Source: Sulfolobales archaeon (GTDB lineage Archaea > Thermoproteota > Thermoprotei_A > Sulfolobales > NBVN01). Taken from it: a stretch of 64,000 nucleotides of DNA. Where the stretch lies: assembly GCA_038832865.1 (NCBI GenBank), contig JAWBJE010000006.1:670-64669 (forward strand), read 5' to 3'. Below are positions 58,501-64,000 of the stretch, one piece after another (positions within the stretch are counted from its first letter, which is position 1; every line of letters begins with the position of its first letter). The translations under genes and the position numbers were made by a program. Below the pieces are notes generated by a model. It was not told the origin of the DNA and did not search any database. It worked only from the letters and a program-made list of their open reading frames with translations.

Positions 58501-59137
58501 GCTTGGCCGGAACAGCGACCTGAGGGTAAACACGCTTATAGTACGTGGTTGCGGTAGTAATAGTGTGCGGGGAAATTACGAAAGCCCCCAAGAGGTCTTC
58601 ATCGAAGACGTATACGTAGCAGTTAACACATAAACCTGTCGGGAGTCCTTCACTAACCGTTGCTACTACCTTATACCTACCGCCGGCTCTGGCTACAAAG
58701 AGGTTAAGGACTCTAAAGTCGGCACTCTGTATTAGGTGTAGTAACTGGTAGAGTCTTCCTCTATCGATTTTAAAGAGGTATATCTCACCTCTATCGCTAC
58801 CTACAGCGAACCTAGTTGGCGGGTATCCGTCTACAGCCGTGGCCGTTACTCTGCCAGCTAAGGGGTAAGATTGTACTACTTTTGGTCCTTCTACGGGGTC
58901 TTCCAAGCTAACAACAACGACAGCCGAGTGCTCTCCGAAACCTACCACTAGGACCAAGTGAGTAGTGTTTAGCGCTAAAACATCGACTATTGTGAAGTTG
59001 AAATCATACTTTAAAACTAACGGATGCGGGATGTCCGGGTACTTGGTGGCAGATAATATTTCGGGTATGATGATCGGTGCTATTGTTCCAGCCATAGTTA
59101 GGATCAGTAATACTGCTGAGTTCCTAAGCCACAACAC
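55559..59137 (-). CDS. Large surface protein: N-terminal propeller-like region, tandem ~80-aa beta-sandwich (PEGA/CarboxypepD-like) repeats, C-terminal TM
   Basis: Signal peptide; WD40-like segments (FAVGSDRGEIYLF, IVVGFSDGRVKHY); repeated R..Y.L.I...D motif; terminal TM. Confidence 0.8.
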   Translation of the reverse strand: MLWLRNSAVLLILTMAGTIAPIIIPEILSATKYPDIPHPLVLKYDFNFTIVDVLALNTTHLVLVVGFGEHSAVVVVSLEDPVEGPKVVQSYPLAGRVTATAVDGYPPTRFAVGSDRGEIYLFKIDRGRLYQLLHLIQSADFRVLNLFVARAGGRYKVVATVSEGLPTGLCVNCYVYVFDEDLLGAFVISPHTITTATTYYKRVYPQVAVPAKLYTPDGYYYRADCIALFWAPYIDAVIAELNVSYFVNATLIEPAGGALIEVSLQDPVTKARRVYGWNADSDGRALIPIPRGYLVNITVIGVTKRFLVSENINTSAIARRFKVEVTIPEKASTEAAEEVYGTPFFAKYYVDFLDVTNAPAGYRVIRSLDKGFYPTATLPHFIDYGGGYIIALMNRTYMELYNLDYALNLQPYTPVGIDYLGMTPVSIVDVIAYSRDDIVVGFSDGRVKHYKFDSLRNRYSFAQAIVTLGSLVRMLPLSYSSYFTFSTRGVQVVTLTPYQLPILRVGFQAEFSVEGLISASSLPGAGLLALVTPSKLYVVMNLGIAIASPTPINLSNYVAPSLFVRVLPPAPQEWVNGSKVVLEYEIGSRKKSLTKIFTRDDVEFTNLIPGMRYAITVIPPKDYMSNYTTVVDVQYCEEKCRNIIILASLKYRDFSVGLLLRDEFGGTPLGRLNVIVDGKIYGYRAPDGVNLRLLYGYHEIIVESLDQYYPTYRTQIKVEADMTVTIVLKRARYNLTMLFIDGLTRRAIEARLVVYINGSANYLDQQSVLSVVVPSGAVNVTIAPSKEASGIYSKRSFTVVINRSTVLDVVIDRVTYELTISALDELTRLEVPIKASVYINGTEAYRGLLPKTISLPYAYYVIEVVPVEEHANIYSVGIAELALVSDAKVPVLVFRKVYILEISFRDKFSEKPVVPLRVLINGSLYTITTAPSISLPLRAANYVIRVEPTEENPNSYTPLEKAISLLSNSRLVLDISRRNYTVTLKFTDISARGYLEGRFRVSLNTTVTLVVDGITSSRGFNLSVPYGKYLLTITPLDTTEKIYATPSPITISVFSNVSYTLRLNRRLYTLVVIVVNDLEERLSNAYVQVLDPNTGLEISSMYTNENGEARINIPAGASLIRILKGGYLEYSETIYLDRDSTLTPRLRPTLITLVGRFTHVIAFTVVAIAVVVVALKLRTKLAERLVTTEEIF

Positions 59138-59211
59138 TCACAACACCTCCTTAAGTCTTTTATTAATAGGTTATTTATTGAGGGATGACAAACCCAAATG
59201 GGTACTGTTAA

Positions 59212-60828
59212 GTGAGGTTAAAGCTACTTAAGCTTTTGATAAAGAAGAGGTCGACAGACAAAGACAGGGACTTGGTGGACTCTGTAGTAAATATAGAGCC
59301 AATCAAGCCGATCGTTAATCCAGAGAGGCTTAGGCTGTCGGTAGTTCGCGGAGACGCTAGGCTTCTAGAGACCTACGCGCTCTACGAACCCTGGGCCTAC
59401 GCTTACATAACAGAGGATTTAGCTACCGGCACTATAAACTACGTAGTCTACGAGATAGGCCTAACTCCACAAGAGGAGTCTATATACAAGAGCATCGTGG
59501 ACTACATAATGTGGGAGCTAGAACCGCCCAAGGTTCCCGTGGAAGACGTAAGAGAGTATATCTCCAGATTCGCTAGGAGAGCTATAAGGCTATTTCAACT
59601 CAGACTCGGGAGGACGCCTGGTTTGTCTTGGAGTAAGATAGGATACTACATAGAGAGGAACATTATCGGATACGGGCCTATAGACCCATTGATGCGCGAC
59701 CCCAATGTTGAGGACATATCTTGCAACGGTCCAGGAGTCCCAGTATACGTTTGGCACAGAAAATACGAGTACTTACCGACTTCGGTGGTTTTTAGAACCT
59801 CGCAAGAATTAGACGAGTTCGTAATAAAGCTGGCCCATCTAGCCGGCAGGCACATCTCGGTCGCCTATCCAGTATTGGATGCTATAATACCCGGAGGGCA
59901 TAGAGTAGCGGCAACTTTCCAGAAGGAGATTAGTACCAGGGGCTCCACCTTCACCATAAGGAAATTTAAAGAAGACCCGATAACAATAGTAGACCTCGTA
60001 AACTACGGTACCATATCACCTGAGATAGCAGCATACTTCTGGCTTGCAATGGACTTTAAGATGACGACTCTCATTCTTGGAATGACGGGGGCTGGTAAAA
60101 CCTCAACTTTAAACGCTTTAGCCAACCTTCTAAGACCTACCTACAAGATTGTCACGATCGAAGACACTCCAGAGCTTAGGTTACCCCAGGAGAACTGGGT
60201 TCAGCTGACAGGTAGACCCTCCTACTTGGTTTCCGGAGTCTCCGAAATAAAGCTTTACGACTTAGTAAAGATATCTCTTAGGTACAGACCGGACGTGATC
60301 ATAGTCGGTGAGGTTAGAGGTGAGGAGGCTTACGTACTCTTTCAAGCTATTGCCACTGGACACAGTGGAATAACTACGTTGCACGCAGAAGATATAGATG
60401 CTGCTGTGAAGAGGCTTACTTCCCCACCTATGAACATACCTAACACCTACATACCTCTAATTAACATGGCATTAGTGATAAAGCGAGTAACCAAGCTTGA
60501 TGAAGCTGGGAGGCCTAGACCCGTAAGAAGGATCACAAACATATGGGAGATAGAAGACTACGGCAAATATAGGGAGCTGGCCTCCTGGGACCCGGTGAGA
60601 GATAGATTTAAAGTGAACCTTAAGGAGTCGTTAATCGTTGAGAGAATAGCGAGAATGAAGGGTCTCGATGTCGGAGAGGTAATAGAGGATATAATAAAGA
60701 GGAAGTCTATAATTGACTACTTGGTGGCTACTGGGAAGAGGTCGTATAAGGAAATAGCGACGTACGTTTACAACTATTACTATAAACCTAGAGAGGTGCT
60801 TAGAGAAATTGGCTTCAAAGAAGAGTAA
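59212..60828 (+). CDS. Type II/IV secretion (pilus assembly) ATPase, VirB11/TadA family
   Basis: DPNVEDISCNG, FTIRKF, GMTGAGKTS, TIEDTPEL, RPDVIIVGEVRG, TGH...TLHA. Confidence 0.95.
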   Translation: MRLKLLKLLIKKRSTDKDRDLVDSVVNIEPIKPIVNPERLRLSVVRGDARLLETYALYEPWAYAYITEDLATGTINYVVYEIGLTPQEESIYKSIVDYIMWELEPPKVPVEDVREYISRFARRAIRLFQLRLGRTPGLSWSKIGYYIERNIIGYGPIDPLMRDPNVEDISCNGPGVPVYVWHRKYEYLPTSVVFRTSQELDEFVIKLAHLAGRHISVAYPVLDAIIPGGHRVAATFQKEISTRGSTFTIRKFKEDPITIVDLVNYGTISPEIAAYFWLAMDFKMTTLILGMTGAGKTSTLNALANLLRPTYKIVTIEDTPELRLPQENWVQLTGRPSYLVSGVSEIKLYDLVKISLRYRPDVIIVGEVRGEEAYVLFQAIATGHSGITTLHAEDIDAAVKRLTSPPMNIPNTYIPLINMALVIKRVTKLDEAGRPRPVRRITNIWEIEDYGKYRELASWDPVRDRFKVNLKESLIVERIARMKGLDVGEVIEDIIKRKSIIDYLVATGKRSYKEIATYVYNYYYKPREVLREIGFKEE

Positions 60829-62581
60829 GCCTGCTTACAGCCTCTCTGAGGCTTATACGGCACTGGCCCTCGTACTCTTCGAGAGAATAGCTAGGAGAAT
60901 GTCTGAAACGTTTCAGCTGGATACGGTGTTTAGACGTGCTGCTATAACATCGCACCCTGTAGCCTACGCAGCGAGAATTCTTTTGAACACCACAATATCT
61001 GCTGTTGCCATAAGCGTACCGCTACTCATTGTAGCTATAACTATGAGCCTACCACTAATCATCAGGATGATATCAGCTCTGATAGCTGCATTAGCCCCTA
61101 TAATCGTACTCGCGCTCGGCTTCGCCTATCCGTACATAAAGGTCTCTTCTAGGAATGCTTCCGTTTCGAACGAACTCCCCTTCTTTCTTGTTTACGCCTC
61201 GACCCTATTCAGAGGTGGGGTAAGTCTTGAAAAAGTTATGGAAAGAGTGGCCGGCCTTAGGCTGTTCACTGGCATGAGAGCGGAGGCTCAAAGAGTTTTA
61301 GCTAGGTGCAAGTTCTTCGGTGAGGACCCTGTAACGGCAATAGAGAGAGTGGCCATAGACCATCCGAACAGCAGGTTTAGAGATGTCATCCTGGGCTACA
61401 CGACAACGCTGAAAACTGGGGGCGACGTTCTTCACTACTTACAAATAAGAACAGAGGAAATACTCAATAACAGAATAAACGATATCAAAGCCCTGGTTAG
61501 CAGACTAGCTTCGTACTTAGAGGCGTATATAGTGTTCGGTGTAGTCGTATCCCTAACGGTCTTTGTCTTGTTCGCCTCTATGGGAGCTGTAGGGCTAGCG
61601 GCTGGTGGAGTAGCCGTAGCTCTTCCGGTAGGGTTAGCCTCAGATATGATGCTTCCTACTCTCTACAACTTTGTGATTGTCCCAACGATAGGGATGCTTG
61701 TTCTACTGGCTATACATAGTACGTTACCGCGATCACCCATAGGTGTAAGAGAGCCTATGCTACTTCTACTAATCACTCTACCGATTGGGGCTATAATTGG
61801 ACTTGTTACAGCACTCACACTATCTCCTAAGCTGATCGGTGGCATCTCGGATGGCAGGGATCTAGTATCGCTGCTTGTCGGACTTGCTGTGTTTACTATA
61901 GCAGCTTTTACGCCACCGGCTGTGGACCACTTCAGGATATCTAGGAGGCAAAGAGGTCTAGTGAGGAGTACAGCATCGTTTCTGAGAGACCTAAGCGAGA
62001 CGCGTAAAACCGGATTAAGCCCTGAGAGATGCATTATAAATCTCTCATCGAGACCCTATGGGACGCTATCTCCCGTGATAAAAAAGGCGGCGGCGGCACT
62101 CTACTCCGGTATGTCCGTGGACATAGCTATTAGGAAAGCCTTAGCAGGTGTTCGAGATTGGTTTACTCTGGTAGTCTTCAGGTTCTTAGTAGACTCGATA
62201 TCGGTAGGTGGAGGCTCACCAGAGATAATAGACTCTCTTGCTAGGTTTACAACAGTTCTAGCAGAATCCGAGTTGGAGCTTAGGAGAAGGCTGAGAGTTT
62301 ACGTACTACTACCCTATTTTGGGTCGATGCTACTAGCTTCAGCACCAGTTATAATACTGTGGATGCTCACTTCTTTCGCTGGAACCGTTCAACCCGCAGG
62401 CTTGATTCCCATGATAACGTCACTGTCTATAGGGTCATACATAAACTCGATGATTATGGGCTTAATAGCAGGCGTTACATCGGAGCAAGCAGTAAGTGCG
62501 GGCTTTAAACACGTAATAGCCATGACATTAATCTCCGTTTTCACAGCTATAACTACCTTATACTACCTAGGGATAGTGTAG
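60809..62581 (+). CDS. Type IV pilus platform protein (TadC/T2SSF, two domains)
   Basis: Two T2SSF-like domains (ELPFFL..., FLRDLSE.RKTGLS), multiple TM helices. Confidence 0.92.
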   Translation: MASKKSKPAYSLSEAYTALALVLFERIARRMSETFQLDTVFRRAAITSHPVAYAARILLNTTISAVAISVPLLIVAITMSLPLIIRMISALIAALAPIIVLALGFAYPYIKVSSRNASVSNELPFFLVYASTLFRGGVSLEKVMERVAGLRLFTGMRAEAQRVLARCKFFGEDPVTAIERVAIDHPNSRFRDVILGYTTTLKTGGDVLHYLQIRTEEILNNRINDIKALVSRLASYLEAYIVFGVVVSLTVFVLFASMGAVGLAAGGVAVALPVGLASDMMLPTLYNFVIVPTIGMLVLLAIHSTLPRSPIGVREPMLLLLITLPIGAIIGLVTALTLSPKLIGGISDGRDLVSLLVGLAVFTIAAFTPPAVDHFRISRRQRGLVRSTASFLRDLSETRKTGLSPERCIINLSSRPYGTLSPVIKKAAAALYSGMSVDIAIRKALAGVRDWFTLVVFRFLVDSISVGGGSPEIIDSLARFTTVLAESELELRRRLRVYVLLPYFGSMLLASAPVIILWMLTSFAGTVQPAGLIPMITSLSIGSYINSMIMGLIAGVTSEQAVSAGFKHVIAMTLISVFTAITTLYYLGIV

Positions 62582-62582
62582 T

Positions 62583-63086
62583 ATGGTCGAAAAGCTTTCT
62601 CTAAGGGGGTTTAAACGTGGGGTTTATCTGTTGGTTATAAGAGTCCTACTCGTAGCTGTGGTTTTAGTCTTAATTTTAGCGATCGCAGGCTACATCTATA
62701 GCATAGTAATATCGACTAGAGAGTATTTCGAGCTTAAACCAATGCTCTATATAACTTATAGTAAATTAAACCCAGTCCCAGTCCTGTCGATTTATGTTCA
62801 TAATGGCGGAGTTATGTCTGAAACTCTCCTCAGGGTTGAGATTATGACCGGTAGTGGTAGCTATTTCTGTGAAAAAGAGGTGCTGATTGAAGCCGGTTTT
62901 CGAGGTCATATAGTGGTGGTCGAACCTTCCGTAAACCCTCCAGTAGGCCTAGGCGATAAGTTGGTCGAGTGTGAGTGGCAAATCCGAGGAGCCCCTGAGC
63001 TGACCGGTGGAGGTTTCTATGTTGTAAAGCTCCACACGGCTCGTCACGGTATTATAACCCTTAACGTATTATGCCAAGAGACTTAG
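62583..63086 (+). CDS. Putative type IV pilin-like protein
   Basis: Basic leader ending KRG then a hydrophobic helix; V.N.G and G..Y.VKL.T..G pattern resembling archaeal pilins; directly follows tadC. Confidence 0.7.
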   Translation: MVEKLSLRGFKRGVYLLVIRVLLVAVVLVLILAIAGYIYSIVISTREYFELKPMLYITYSKLNPVPVLSIYVHNGGVMSETLLRVEIMTGSGSYFCEKEVLIEAGFRGHIVVVEPSVNPPVGLGDKLVECEWQIRGAPELTGGGFYVVKLHTARHGIITLNVLCQET

Positions 63087-63235
63087 CGCTGTCATAAGAT
63101 AGTTCCGGTCGCATCTGATCAATAATGTGTGAGTAATGATATTATACCCAATCTGAAGCGTGTGCCAAAGGGATCTACGTCAAAGAGGTTAGAGGTATTT
63201 AAGTTTAGAGAGGATAAGATCACTTCGGTGTATTG

Positions 63236-64000
63236 ATGAGCTCTAGAGGTGTACTGGCAGAGCTTTTATGGGCTGAAAAGTACAGACCCAAGTCTCTACA
63301 AGAAATGGTAAATCAAGAGGACATCGTTAGAAGGCTTCAAGTATTTGTTAAAGAGAAAAATATGCCCCACCTGCTTTTTGCTGGTCCTCCGGGGACCGGT
63401 AAGACTACAGCAGCACATGCTCTAGCACACGACCTCTACGGCGAAGACTACAGGCTATACATGTTAGAACTAAATGCTTCAGACGAGAGGGGTATAGACG
63501 TTATAAGAACCAAGGTGAAAGAGTTTTCCAGAAGCAAGCTGCCGGTGAACGTACCTTTTAAGATAGTGTTACTAGATGAAGCAGACAACATGACGGCGGA
63601 TGCTCAGCAAGCGCTGAGGAGGCTTATGGAAATGTATGTGGATGTGACTAGGTTCATACTTATTGCTAACTACCCGAGTAAGATTATAGAGCCTATTCAA
63701 TCTAGGTGCGCGGTCTTTAGGTTTACGTCGCTTAAAAGAGAAGACGTAGTGGCCAGGTTGAAGTGGATATGTTCGCATGAAAAAGTCATCTGCGACGATA
63801 AGGGGCTGGATGCTATATATGAGGTGTCTGGAGGAGATATGAGAAGGGCTATAAACATTTTGCAGGCATCAGCGGCACTCGGCGAGGTAAACCTATCTAA
63901 TGTGTACAAAGTCGTTGGCTTAGCTACGCCTGCCGAAGTTAGAGCGTTACTAAAGACGGCCCTGTTTGAGGGGGATTTCCTAAAGTCTAGAGATATCCTC
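63236..64000 (+). CDS. rfcS: Replication factor C small subunit (truncated by window end)
   Basis: Not in the ORF track; manual translation gives WAEKYRP, PHLLFAGPPGTGKT, LELNASDERG, LDEADNMT, SRC. Confidence 0.96.
   Translation, partial: MSSRGVLAELLWAEKYRPKSLQEMVNQEDIVRRLQVFVKEKNMPHLLFAGPPGTGKTTAAHALAHDLYGEDYRLYMLELNASDERGIDVIRTKVKEFSRSKLPVNVPFKIVLLDEADNMTADAQQALRRLMEMYVDVTRFILIANYPSKIIEPIQSRCAVFRFTSLKREDVVARLKWICSHEKVICDDKGLDAIYEVSGGDMRRAINILQASAALGEVNLSNVYKVVGLATPAEVRALLKTALFEGDFLKSRDIL

Noticed and set aside
10097-63909. Numerous antisense ORFs in the track (e.g. 10097-10705, 16440-17006, 44778-45155, 63572-63778)
   Set aside because: They are shadows of well-supported genes on the opposite strand.

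Overview
This window is from a (hyper)thermophilic crenarchaeon (Thermoproteota, probably Desulfurococcales-like). The assignment is inferred from the short XPF, the DUF2067-rpoL-tfs cluster, and archaeal apgM, tmcA, rps15 and rfcS. Most of it is housekeeping and transport: tRNA-Gly(GCC), a GlmU-like enzyme, an oppABC set lacking ATPases, pgk, a split TRAP/TAXI transporter, hypD, gdhA, tldD/tldE, a pstSCAB-phoU regulon, a Lon-like secreted protease, ADP-forming acetyl-CoA synthetase, trpS and a type IV pilus locus. No CRISPR array, rRNA or intact transposase was seen. The most unusual signals are: (1) GC-rich structured intergenic DNA sharing dispersed, diverged sequence modules that resemble IS200/IS605 (TnpB 3' end / omega-RNA) remnants, often at operon breakpoints; (2) a ~160-nt imperfect palindrome fused to the end of a small PD-(D/E)XK nuclease gene that is paired with a divergent wHTH gene; (3) a 1192-aa repeat surface protein head-to-head with a pilus assembly operon; (4) a circularly permuted OppA; (5) a candidate archaeal Pho-box. 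All calls come from reading motifs by eye; no searches or folding were run.
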